NCBI RefSeq assembly: GCF_032191835.1
Contig: NC_083229.1
Coordinates: 992,001 to 1,056,000 of the forward strand
From: Heteronotia binoei
Taxonomy: Eukaryota
DNA: 64,000 nt
Direction of reading: 5' to 3'
Part shown: piece after piece, positions 24,101-36,400 of the stretch
How positions within the stretch are numbered: position 1 is the stretch's first letter
How the letters are laid out: every line of letters begins with the position of its first letter
Position numbers and translations under genes: made by a program
Notes under the pieces: model-generated
Database searches by the model: none
What the model was told of the DNA's origin: nothing
What the model saw: only the letters and a program-made list of their open reading frames with translations

Positions 24101-26602
24101 TGGGGAGCTGGAGATGCATCCCCCCCAATATCCCTGGAGCCACGCCGGGTTGCTGTCCAGCCTGGATCACAGCAGGTGGGTGTGGGTGGGGGGAGCTTTG
24201 CTCTTCCGCAGAGGACAGTGCCAGAGCATAGACCTGCCCCCAACCACAGTGGGAATTTGCCGGGGGGGGGGGTGTTCTGTGCCTTGTTCCCATGATTCAG
24301 CCGTTTGATTTTCTCAGTGGAGGACATAACTCTTTCCCAACCTCAGGGGCAGGGAACTCGGAACAACCTTTGACTCCTCCCAGGGAACTCTCTTGTCTCA
24401 TGCCACACCCCTGGGCTGCCCTTCCTTTTCTGCCCTGATTGTCCCAATATGTGCAGCCGCTATCCAAGATTGCTTTCTGCCAAATCCCATTTTGGGGTGG
24501 GGGGAACACCTCCTGCCCTCAAGTTACTGCAGCTGTGTTCTCTGCCGTTGTTGCTGGTCCCTGCCCCTCCTCCAGAGGTGTAAAATAACCAGAAGATTTA
24601 GAGCCATGAAGAAAATCAGAAATTTAGGGGGAATTGAAAACATTTATAGTAGGTTCAAATCTAAACTTTTTTGACTGATTTAACAACATAACACATACCA
24701 TAACTTGGTGTGTTTGTGGTCCTTAAAAGTGTGCCTAAGGACATCATGCATTGTCAATTTTGGCCCTTTCAAGGGTAGGAAAAATGAAAATTAAGGACAG
24801 AAAAAGAAATTTCATAACAAGTATGTAAGTTGGGCAAAACTTTTCTCATATAGTGTATAAAAATACATGTGATAAACACGTTATTACATATTTATTGTGG
24901 CAAATATTAATGTTTTTAAAAATTGATTTTGAGAATATTGTATACATAGGAATTATTTAATGCAGTAATTGGCCAATTTTTATCCTATATGTCATGAGAA
25001 AAACCTAGTATTAAAAACATTTAACTTATTTTGAAAAGAAAAATTCCTAGGGTTTTAGTGGCACACCAGATTTCCCAGTTTTGGTACTGCATGAATTGAA
25101 GAAATCTTCAGACTGTTTCACACTGCGCATCTTGAGTGAGAAAGATCTCTTCATGAATATTTCATTGGTTCCAAATTTTCCCATGCTCTTCCGCTGGACC
25201 TTCCCATCCCTGCGCTGCTCCTGTGTGGCCGTTTGTCGAGCCTCAGCCTTCACTTGCGCTGTGAAAGGAGAGCTCTTTCACCTCCACTCTGGCAGGAGGT
25301 TCGCGGCCTGCTTTGGCATCCCTTCATGGCCGTTGCCCACCTCCTGTCCTTGCTGACGGTCACTTTCTTCTTGCTTTCAGCATTCGGCGTGGCTATCAGG
25401 TGTACAAGCAGGTGTGTTCTGCCTGCCACAGCATGGATTACCTGGCCTTCCGCAACCTTGTCGGAGTCAGTCACACGGAAGCTGAAGCCAAGGCCTTAGC
25501 CGCAGACGTACGTGCCGCTTGCCCTCTCCACCAGAGCGGTTGGGGCCAACCCTGCTGGTAGCTGGAAGAGGGGGGAGTCGAGGCCCTCGAGTGGGGGCGG
25601 GGGGGTGTTGCAAGACCTAATCCTGCTTTTGGGGAGTGCAGTGATGCTCCAGCAGGTGGAAGGTGGGTCATCTGGTTGGTCAGGGCTGAGGAGGCTCCTA
25701 CACAACAATTGGCTCATTCCCCTGCAGGTTGAGGTGCAGGACGGACCCAATGAAGATGGTGAGATGTTTATGCGTCCCGGCAAGCCTTCCGATTACTTTC
25801 CTAAGCCTTACCCCAATCCTGAAGCAGCCCGGGCAGCTAACAACGGGGCACTCCCCCCAGACCTCAGCTATATCGTCAACGCTAGGTAATGCAGGCAACA
25901 GAGACACCCGTGTGTAGGGACAGGCTGCTGGCTGGCGGGTTCTGGCCAGGGAGGGGAGTGGATGGCCAGCTTTGAGCAGGAGCAGCAGAGAGTCCAGCAT
26001 CTCCTGTGTCCTTGTCTTTCAGGCACGGTGGAGAGGACTACGTCTTCTCCCTTCTCACTGGCTACTGCGATCCGCCTGCTGGGGTGACACTGCGGGAGGG
26101 GCTGTACTACAACCCGTATTTCCCTGGGCAGGCTATTGGTATGGCCCCACCCATCTACAATGAGATCTTGGAATTCGAGGACGGTAAGGGGGCACGTGTG
26201 GCCTCTCTCTGGGGGCATGGGGGGGCAGAGGGTTGTGCTCCCAGACTGACCCTTGTGGCTTTTGGCAGGGACCCCGGCCACCATGTCACAAATAGCCAAG
26301 GACGTCTGCACCTTCTTGCGATGGGCAGCGGAGCCAGAGCACGATGATCGCAAGCGGATGGGCCTGAAGGTCAGTCTGTCCTGGCTGCCATCTCTTCAGA
26401 GAGCATCCGGGGGGAGGGGGGGCGCTTGGTGTTTTCAAAACACCCTCCAGAGTTGGTGTTTCCTTGAGCCTGAAGCCTTCTCTTCCCCTCCCCCCAGATG
26501 CTGTTGATCTCAGCCATGCTGACGCCCCTCTTTTATTACTTGAAACGGCACAAGTGGTCAGTCCTTAAGAGCAGGAAGATTGCTTACCGGCCTCCCAAGT
26601 GA
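17770..26602 (+). CDS. CYC1: Cytochrome c1 (complex III), 7 coding exons, ~313 aa
   Basis: Exons 17770-17865, 23982-24175, 25381-25507, 25728-25885, 26023-26183, 26269-26369, 26498-26602 (942 nt). Heme motif CSACH; [47 protein letters not shown]-type C-terminus. All introns GT-AG. Confidence 0.98.
18170..23160 (+). repeat. ~5-kb tandem array of a CR1 3'-end unit (156 bp in the homogeneous core) in CYC1 intron 1
   Basis: cccttccaactctaggattc recurs every 156 bp (19321, 19477 ... 20101). About 19 near-identical core units, with more diverged units at both ends. Confidence 0.96.
23229..23454. mobile_element. hAT MITE
   Basis: TIRs caggggtggccaaact / agtttcgccacccctg; perfect TSD GACTATAG at 23221-23228 and 23455-23462. 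Confidence 0.9.
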
Positions 26603-26803
26603 GATGTTCCAGGGGCCTGGACCAACCGACCTCTGCTGCCTGCGTGGGACTGCCTCTGCTGCCCCAGGAATGTCTATACGGGCCGGCAGGAGGACGGGTG
26701 CTCCTCTCCAGTGCTGTTTCTGTTATTTAATGTTTCTCCATCCATGCAGTCACCCATGGAGCCTTGGGAAGAGGACCCTGGGAGCCAGGGGTGGCAGCTG
26801 CCC

Positions 26804-26809
26804 AATAAA
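26804..26809 (+). terminator. CYC1 polyadenylation signal AATAAA
   Basis: cccAATAAAcatac, ~200 nt after the stop. Confidence 0.7.
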
Positions 26810-27120
26810 CATACGTCTTCAACCAGATAAGCCTCTGTCTTGAAATCTAGCAGCAAGCGGGGGGGGGGGGGGTGTAGTGCTCAGCCTGCTGTTTCCTCCA
26901 GCTCTCTCCTGGCTTCCTGCGGGGGGGGGTGTGCTGCCAGCCTCAGTGATTCCAGCTGAGGACTAGGCTGCTGCAAGCACTAAGCCCGAGGGCTAAAAGT
27001 TGCAAACTGAAATTTCAGAGTAAGTGACCCGCAGTCGCTACAGGAGGGTTGTGAGTGAGCACTGCATCCCACTCACCCCATCCCAGAAAGAAGGTCCAGC
27101 ACGTTCCCAGCATTTACACC

Positions 27121-27126
27121 TTTATT
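27121..27126 (-). terminator. Poly(A) signal of the long SHARPIN-RBR transcript
   Basis: TTTATT on + (AATAAA on -), ~350 nt past the stop at 27479. Confidence 0.65.
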
Positions 27127-27478
27127 GAATGGCTCTCTCACCCAGATGTGCAGCTACATGCATCTTGGGGCCCCTGGCAGCTCCCCAGGGCTTGGGGAGG
27201 AGGTTCTCGGGAGAATTGCTCTTGTTTTCCTCTGACCCATCCGTGATGCTTGCTTGTGGGGGGGCCAACCTTCAGAGGTAGATACGGACTGCCAGGAAGG
27301 TGTGGGAAGATCAGCCTCCACCCCAGCTCTGTAGGGATGAAGCATTAGCAAGCCACTACAGGGTTAAATAGTCCAGTGGGGGGGGGAAGGAGCCTCTGTC
27401 TCTAGTGAAGCCCCACCCGCAGCAGTTCAGGAGGGGGCGTACTGCGTCCCTTGTGTCTTTCCTCCTGGCAGCAGGTGC

Positions 27479-30400
27479 TCAGTGGCAGTTCAGACAATTG
27501 GGGTGGCATCTCTGCCCGTTGACGTTGCACCGGCAGCCTCCACTGGTGTCACCAGGGCCCTGCTCCGAGGGAGGAGAAGAAACACGAGAGTGGGTTAGAG
27601 CAGGCCAAGACACACGCGTTCCACATCCTACCAGAAACTCCGTGACTGTATCTACAGGCCTCCCATTTCCACCACCCCCGACCGCATCCAACAGTCCATT
27701 GTGTGTAGCCAAGCCCCACGCGATACTCGCATCTCTTCCAGCCCCTTGAAAAGGCATTTCTGCAGCCACAGTATCCTCCTGATGTGGTTAGAAGGATGAC
27801 TGGAAAGGCCAGAATGACAGAAAGGGGCAGCTTGCTGTAGACAAACCCAAAGGCAATGACACCAGCGGGGGTCACCTACAGCTCACCACTCAAGGCAGCC
27901 GGCGCATTATGGGAGACCAGCCGCTACCCATGCTGCACAGGGACCCTTCCCTCACACAGGCACTGGGAGCAGGGAGGGCGGGGCTAACCTTTCCTGCCTT
28001 ACAGGCAGCCTGTGCATCAAACCCAGTTCTCCCAGATAAGACAGCTCTGGCTGACCCAAGGCCATTCCAGCAGGTGCAAGTGGAGGAGTGGAGAACCAAA
28101 CCCGGTTCTCCCAGATAAGAGAGCTCTGGCTGACCCAAGGCCATTCCAGCAGGTGCAAGTGGAGGAGTGGGGAATCAAACCCGGTTCTCCCAGATAAGAG
28201 AGCTCTGGCTGACCCAAGACCATTCCAGCAGCTGCAAGTGGAGGAGGGGGGAATCAAACCCGGTTCTCCCAGATAAGAGAGCTCTGGCTGACCCAAGACC
28301 ATTCCAGCAGCTGCAAGTGGAGGAGGGGGGAATCAAATCCGGTTCTCCCAGATAAGAGTCTGCACTCTTCACCACCACACCAAACAGGCGCTCATTCAAC
28401 CACAATGTTCCAAAACCAGTGGACGGATATTTTGTCCTTCCAGAGCATTCAGTTGCTGACCTAAGAGCAGCAGTTCTCTTACAAGGGAATTTCAAAGGGA
28501 GATGAGAAAGAGACGGTCACTGCTGAATTGCAGCTGACAATGAAGCGCAAGACAAGGCATCCGCCTGGACTGAAGCGAGACGTTGGTTTCCTGTCTCACT
28601 ACTAAAGCTGATTTCTCCATGCCTACCATCCCTCTGCTTATCACATCTAATCCAGCCATATCTGCCATTGTCATCCGGCATCTGCAACCCCCCCCCCCTT
28701 CAAGATATAAGGGCAGATGGACTCCCATTCTAGCTGTGTCTGAAGAAGTGAGCGGGGACTCCCAAAAGCTCCTCCCCTGCGGCCACCAACTGTGCGAGTC
28801 TTTCAGGTGCTTCTGGACTGGCTCTTTTCTCCATGTCAGGAGTGTTCACCTGCCGTGGCCTTCCCAGCCTTGAAAGGAGCCTGGCTTGCACAGTGAAGGA
28901 AGCTGACAATTCTCAGGTTCTGCATCTCAGTCTACAAACCTTCATTCAGGCCAGCCCAAGCAGCACAGCCTTTCAGTTCTCCAGAGCTGGGTGCAAAAAA
29001 AAGCAGCTATCGCTAGCCACTGACCCCCCACCCCAAAACTCCTGCTTCTGACTTCCAGCCCCCCACGCCCTGCCTCCCTCAAGCCCTAAAATGTTGTGGT
29101 GAGCTGTAGGTGACCCCCAGTGAGTTGCAGACAGAAGCTTGAAAAGACCCCTCCCCCCCCCAGTAATATTCTGCTTGCTGAAGCATTTTGGAGAACCTGA
29201 CGCCCTACATACTGCGTCCGCTCTTTGGGTCTGTCTTGTATGGGATTTCCCACCATTCTTTCCAAAAGAACCCCCAAGGCAGCTAATGGACACAAATGAA
29301 GCATTGTAATAAAATACTAGAACGAAGCGTTTAGCCAGCCGCTGACAAAGCAGTGCCCCGTTTCAAGTCTCTCTACTGGTCAGCATCTAGGAGGCAGGTG
29401 GGGAGTCCCTGAAGCCTCGGGTTGGGAGCGCGTATGCCAGGATCCTGCCCCTTCCCACACAATCGCCTCTGGGAGCGGCAGGCCAGAACCTGATGCCAAG
29501 ACGGACTGAGCACTTGCAACCGATGCTCCCTCTCTAGCTATGGAGTCTTGTGAGCAAAAAATCTCCTTTGTGAGCTACCAGCATTAAAGCTGTGAGTGAG
29601 CAACTTGGCTCCTGTATCAATGATTGTGCTCGGGCCCTCCTTCCTGAGCGAAGGCAAAAATGTGTGAGCTGGAGGCTTAAAAACTGCGCTAGCTCACACT
29701 AACTCAGCCTAGAGGGAACTCTGTTTGCAACGCTCTCGGGTGCAAGTTTACTTTCGCTCTGCAGAGCCCTGCACCTTTCTTCCTTCTAAGCCTCACCAGA
29801 CATTGGCCGTGCCCTTTCAAGTTTATCTTTCCAATCACAGGGCTGGGCTAGAAACAATGCCATAAAAAAATACTCAACCAGTGAGAACCGGCATTCTGTG
29901 TGTGCACTTTTATTGCGACAGCGACAGAACCCTGAGTGACTCCCCCTGGAGGCTGCCCGCCCCATCCAAGCCCTCCTTCCTGGAGGGAGGGAGAAATTCT
30001 GAGACTCATCAACATTCTTCCTGCCCAGCGGTGGCCGCGAACTCCAGAGACCCCCTGGGGATGATGCCTCACGCCCCAAGCAGCTGCTCTGCACACAGAA
30101 GGCCTTTGGCTCCGTCCCCATGGAAAGCAGCAGGTGATGGGAGGCACCTCCGCCTGACACCCCAGAGAGCCTCACCTGCCCACAGCAAAGGAGACTGAGG
30201 GAGGGGGTCTAACCAGGCAGCTTCAGGTGTAGAGGAGGAAAGGGAGGGGGCAAAGTGGGACCCACTGGCAACACCACCCTTGGCCAAGGCTGGAGAAGAG
30301 GCAGCCGTTGCACCAGGGAGGCAGGGCAGCTTGTGGGATCAGCCTGTTCTTGGTGCTGAAGAGGGGGAGGGGGTACCCGACCTCCCATCCTTTGGGCTCC

Positions 30401-33400
30401 TGCTCCAGCTCATCTCCCCTGCCCCACACACTCACCCCTGGCCCCCAGCGGGGCCCTTTGGTCACCCAGCAGATCTCCGTCTGGCAGACAGGACAGCGGA
30501 GCCAGTCGCAGCCACCCTTCTTCTGGACCACGATGCGGCAGACGGGGCAGTGCATGGCCTCCCCCAATTGCACCAGCGTCTGCGGAGGGGAAGGGGGAGA
30601 GGAACAGTTACGGCCTTGAAGGAAATGGGCCCAGCTGCCGGACCAGGAGGACAACAAGAAGAAACTGCAGGACTGAACTGTTAGGCATACGGGGGGACAA
30701 GGCTTCTGCAGAGGGAAGCCCTGCCTCGCCAACCTCTTGGAGTTCTTTACACAAACATGCACCCACCTCTGGGGGTGGGGAGTGAATAGATGGGACTCTT
30801 CTAGAACTCGGGAGCATCTAACAGGCAGTAGATCCAGGATGGACAAAAGGAAATAGTACTTTGCACAAGTGATTACAATGTGGGATTTGCTGCCAGACGG
30901 TGTGGTGATGGCCACAGGCACAGATGGCTTGAAAAGGAGGTGAGGCGGAGGTCTGCCGGCAGCTGCTAGACCTGGTGGTTGAGGGGAATAGCTCTGCATT
31001 CAGAGGCAGAAAACCTCCACCCCTCAGTGGGAAGACCTGGCCCTCTGTGCACTGTTGCAGGCTCTCCTGATTAACAGTTGGCCACTGGATGCGTGGGGAT
31101 GCTGAACTGGATGGATTGTTGGTTTGATCCACTAGGGCTCTTCCTACATCCCCACCTAGCCTCTAGGGAAGGCCTCCTTTCTCTGCAGCCACTGAACTCC
31201 AGACCAGCTAAGCCACAGCAGGAATGGACACGCCCCAAGCTCCGCAGTCGCTCACCTTGAGCATGTTGCTGGTCTCCCGGGCCTCAGCATCATTCTGGGC
31301 CTGGGACTGCAGCTTGTCCTGGTACTGCTTGCAGTTCATGCCCTCATGAATGGCCTGTGGGCGAGAAAAGGGGCTCTGTTTCTCTGGACACCTTTCCCAG
31401 GAGTGCGCCATTCCATTGGCTAGGGGGTTTTTTGTGCCAAGACCCCAGGAAGAAGAAAAGGCCTGCCAGGGTTCCCTGGGCTTGTGCCCCCTGCTAAGTG
31501 GGGGAGGGCAAGCACCCTCTGCATTCCCAGGCGGCGGCTGTCACAGGCAGGCTGAAGTGGGAGGAGCTGGTGTGGCTGCCTTGATCACTTCAGCTGGTCA
31601 CTGCCTCCCCTGCCCTGGTGGTCCCTTCTCTCCTCGCCTGGCCTAGAGCAACCCCCGAGGGAGGCTGCAGCTCAGTCAAGGAGGTTCGGATGCAGCACCG
31701 CAGGTTCTGTGTTCCCAAGAAACAGACATCTTTGCAATTTCCAGACAGGCTGACATGGAGGACTCAGAAAGGAAGTTGCAGAGCTGGACAAAATGGAGGA
31801 GGAGGAGGAGGAGGGGGCCACCAAAGCAATTACGGGGTTGGAGCAGCTTCCCCAGGAGAAAAAGGACATGGCAGAAGTTTATGGAATGGAGAACACTGAC
31901 AAAGAGAACTTTTTCTCCCCATCGCATCATTCTAAAAGTTGGGGCCACCCAGTGCAACTGATGGGCACAGCAGGTTCAGGGCAGAGAAAAAGAGACATTT
32001 CTTTTCTCAACGAAGTTGCAGCATTCTCTGCCAGTCAGTGTTCTCCTGGCCAGAAGCAGTGACGACTTTAAAAGGGCAGCCAGCCTCTAACCCTCGAGGG
32101 CAAGCCTCGCCCTCCCTGCCAGCTCTTGGACCTTCTGCAGCACAGCTCTTCTGGCCTCCTCCTGCGGGGCTGCTAGAAGGCGATACTAGCAAGGAGGGTC
32201 TTTGCCCTGGCTCACCTTGCACACCAGGCAGTTGAGTGCCCAGCAGATAGGGCAACGGAACTCATTGACATCGTCCTCGTAGATGCACCAGCCCAGGCAG
32301 TCGGCCGTCTGGCAGTGGTAGCTGTTCTGGGCGCGGCTCTCAGCCACCGCCAGCCTCCTCTCCAGGAAACGCTCGTACTCCTCCTGCGACACCAGCTGCA
32401 GAGAGAGGGGGGCTGCTTCAGTGTCCCTCGGGGGGGGGGAAGAGGCAGGCAGCAGCTGGGGGGACAGGACTCCCAAGGCCAAGTAGCCAGCAACTTCTGC
32501 ATTCTGCCAGAGGAGACAGACCACAAAACCCGCCAGGCCAGGAAGACAGATCACACCTCCAGCAGCTTGCCCACCACCCTCCAGGGCACAGCCACTCACC
32601 GCCCGGATCTCTCGGTCCTGTAGGTGGCTGCTGCAGGCGTAGCTGTCATCCCGGAAGGGGCAGGCCACCTGGGGCTCCTCGCTGCAGTTGATCAGCTGCC
32701 GCAGACAGTCCCTGCCCATAAGGACAGAAGAGAAACCATGTTGGAACAGGCCAATGACCCATCCAGCCCAACACTCTGGGTCACACAGTGGCCAAACAAA
32801 ACTAAACCAGGTGCCATCAGGAGGCCCATCAGTGGGGCCAGGACACTAGAAGCGCTCCCACTGTTGCCCGCCCCCCCAAGCACCAAGAATACAGAGCATC
32901 ACTGCCCCAGACAGAGCGTTCCATAAGAACATAAGAGAAGCCATGTTGGATCAGGCCAGTGGCCCATCCAGTTGCACACTCTGTGTCACACAGTGGCCAA
33001 AAAACCCAGGTGCCATCAGGAGGTCCATCAGTGGGGCCAGGACACTAGAAGCCCTCCCACTGTGCCCCCCCCCAAGCACCAAGAAGACAGAGCATCACTG
33101 CCCCAGATATAACAACATGAGAGAAGCCATGTGGGATCAGGCCAATGGCCCATCCAGTCCAACACTCTGGGTCACACAGTGGCCAAAACCCCCCCCCAAA
33201 ACCCCAAGTGCCATCAAGAGGTCCACCAGTGGGGCGAGGACACTAGAAGCCCTCCCACTTTGCCCCCCCAGCACCAAGAAGACAGAGCATCACTGCTCCA
33301 GACATAAGAGAAGCCATGTCGGATCAGGCCAATGGCCCATCCAGTGCAACACTCTGTGTCACACAGTGGCCAAAAAACCCAAGTGCCATCAAGAGGTCCA

Positions 33401-36400
33401 CCAGTGGGGCTAGAAGCCCTCCCACTGTGTCCCCGAAGCACTAGAATAAAGAGCATCACTGCCCCCAGACAAAGAACTCCAACAAGACGCTGTGGCATAT
33501 GCCAGAGAAAGGAAGGGATGAGCAGTCAAGCTTCTGGGTCCCCGCCCTCCGCCCCGTCCCCAGTCCCAGGCGGCAGGAAGGAGCCCCTCACCTGCAGAAG
33601 CTGTGGAGGCACTCCCGCAGCAGCACCCCCTGGCCCGGCTCCACGTCTAAGTAGCAAATGCGGCACTCCGTGGCCTCCTGGGTGGGGACCAGGGCCTCTT
33701 CGTCCAGCTGGCACAGCTGCTGGAAGTTCTGCCACCGCTCCTGCTCCAGGGCCTGTGCAGGGGGAGGAGACAAAGGCAGAGGAGCAACAGGCAGGCCTGA
33801 GGGCAGGGGGCTCAGCCCAAGCCAGGCCACAAGCCTCAGCAGCTTCGCCTGCAAACCTTTCACAACCAGAAGCCACCCGTCTGCAATGAGGGAGAGAGGA
33901 GGACCTGCTGGGATAAGAGACCAGGAAGCTGGAGGGCTGGGGAGAAGGGGGGGATGCCACTAATCACAGGGAACACTGCCCCTAGGAAGAAAGGTTCAGA
34001 CGCTTGGGGCTCTTTAGCTTGGAGAAACATCAACTGCGGGGTGACATGATAGAGGTTTACAAGATAATGCATGGGATGGAGAAGGTAGAGAAAGAAGTAC
34101 TTTCCTCCCTTTCTCACAATACAAGAACTCGTGGGCATTCAACGAAATTGCTGAGCAGTCGGGTTAGAACGGATAAAAGGAAGCACTTCACCCAAAGGGT
34201 GATTGACGTGTGGAATTCACTGCCACAGGAGGTGGCGGCGAATACAAGCATAGCCAGCTTCAAGAGGGGATTAGATAAACATATGGAGCAGAGGTCCATC
34301 AGTGGCTATTAGCCTTGGCGTATTGTTGGAACTCTCTGTCTGGGGCAGTGATGCTCTGTCATCTTGGCGCTTGGGGGGGCAACAGTGGGAGGGCTTCTAG
34401 CCCCACTGGTGGACCTCCTGATGGCATTTGGGGTTTTTGGCCACTTGGTGACACAGTGTTGGATCCAACAGGGCTTCTCTTATGTTCTTATGTGACACAG
34501 AGTCTTGGACTGGAGGGGCCACTGGCCTGATCCAACATGGCTTCTCTTATGTTCTTATGTGATACAGAGAGTTGGACTGGAGGGGCCACTGGCCTGATCT
34601 AACATGGCTTCTCTTATGTTCTTCTGTGACACAGAGTGTTGGACTGGAGGGTCCATTGGCCTGATTCAACATGGCTTCTCTTATGTTCTTATGATACAGA
34701 ATGTTGGACTGGAGGGGCCATTGGCGTGATCCAACAGGGCTTCTCTTATGTTCTTCTGTGACACAGAGTGTTGGACTGGATGGGCCATTGGCCTGATCCA
34801 ACAGGGCTTCTCTTATGTTCTTATGTGACACAGAGTGTTGGACTGGAGGGGCCATTGCCTGATCCAACATGGCTTCTCTTATGTTCTTATGATACAGAAT
34901 GTTGGACTGGAGGGGCCATTGGCCTGATCCAACAGGGCTTCTCTTATGTTCTTCTGTGACACAGAGTGTTGGACTGGAGGGGCCACTGGCCGGATCCAGC
35001 AGGGCTTCTCTTATGTTCTTCTGTGACACAGAGTGTTGGACTGGAGGGGCCACTGGCCGGATCCAGCAGGGCTTCTCTTATGTTCTTCTGTGACACAGAG
35101 TGTTGGACTGGAGGGGCCACTGGCCTGATCCAGCAGGGCTTCTCTTATGTTCTTCTGTGACACAGAGTGTTGGACTGGAGGGGCCACTGGCCTGATCCAG
35201 CAGGGCTTCTCTTATGTTCTTCTGTGACACAGAGTGTTGGACTGGAGGGGCCATTGGCCTGATCCAGCAGGGCTTCTCTTATGTTCTTCTGTGACACAGA
35301 GTGTTGGACTGGAGGGGCCACTGGCCGGATCCAGCAGGGCTTCTCTTATGCTCATCTTGCTTGGGAGGCAGGTCCATAAAGGTGCTGGAGATCCAGCTCC
35401 TGCCCTCTGGGTCCTCCAGGGCAACTCTGCACAAGGAGGCATCCAGCTGCTTGACTCCTCCCCAGCAACCTTCCCGCTCGAAGGGGCCTTGACAGTGCAG
35501 CCGTAGTTGGCCGAGGAGAGGCTTGTTCAGCTGATGGCCAGGACCTGCTGCACGTCTAGCCAGTGTTCCCTCTAGGCTGAGCTAGTGTGAGCCAGCTCAC
35601 TGTTCCTTAGCCTCCAGCTCACGCATTTTTGTCGCAGCTGAGGAAAATGGCCCCAGAGCACACTTATTTATGCAGCAGCCCACAACATTAGTGCCAGGAG
35701 CTCACAAAGCAGAATTTTTGCTCTCCACAGCTCAGAGGGAGCTCTGCTTCCAGCGTCAGGAAGAGGAGGAGCAGCAGCTTCCGCCCGCTCAGGGCAGCCA
35801 CAGGAGGCAAAGGCAACATCACCCTCCTGCCCTGAGGGCTTTTCCCTTCCACCTCCCAAGAACCCACCAGGTCAAGCCCTCTGAGCAGCAGCTGCATGAC
35901 CTGGAAGCTCCATGGCCAGAGGATCTTGGCTCCCTCCTTGTCTTCCCTGCCACACAGCAGGATAAAATGGGGGAGGGAAAGTTACAGGACCCCCAGCTGT
36001 TGGGAGGAATGAAATGGATGAGCCCAAACGACAGCACTGGTCCAACACCAGAGGGGAGTGGGGTGTGCCCGCCGGGACAGGAGGGGTTGCTGTCTGCCCC
36101 ACAAGAGACAGACTTACAGCTGTCTCGCATCTGGGGTATTTGTGGGTTTCCTGCACTGTGCAGGGGGTTGGACTAGATGACCCTGGAGGTACCTTTCAAC
36201 TCTAGGATTCTATGACTTCCCGCTCCATCACTTCAGCTACTCTGGCCATGCGACTCCCCCTCCACGCCCCCTGCAACCTCTGCGGACGGGTGGGCTTGGG
36301 GTGAGTGTGGTGTGCTGGTCAGGGCCAGAGGTTGGGATATCAGGGTCCCAATCCCTGGTGCCTGGGTGACCTGGGGCCAGTCACACCTGCATCTCAGCAG

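Noticed and set aside
29786-30175. 129-aa minus-strand ORF with a CRC motif as an alternative RBR tail
   Set aside because: No similarity to the HOIL-1L tail beyond three residues, and it contains an AATAAA before its stop. The true last exon at 27559-27479 matches well.
30436-33752. A separate RBCK1 gene nested next to SHARPIN
   Set aside because: No own promoter, start, UBL or NZF. The RING1 exon is phase-compatible with the SHARPIN NZF exon, so a single gene is simpler.
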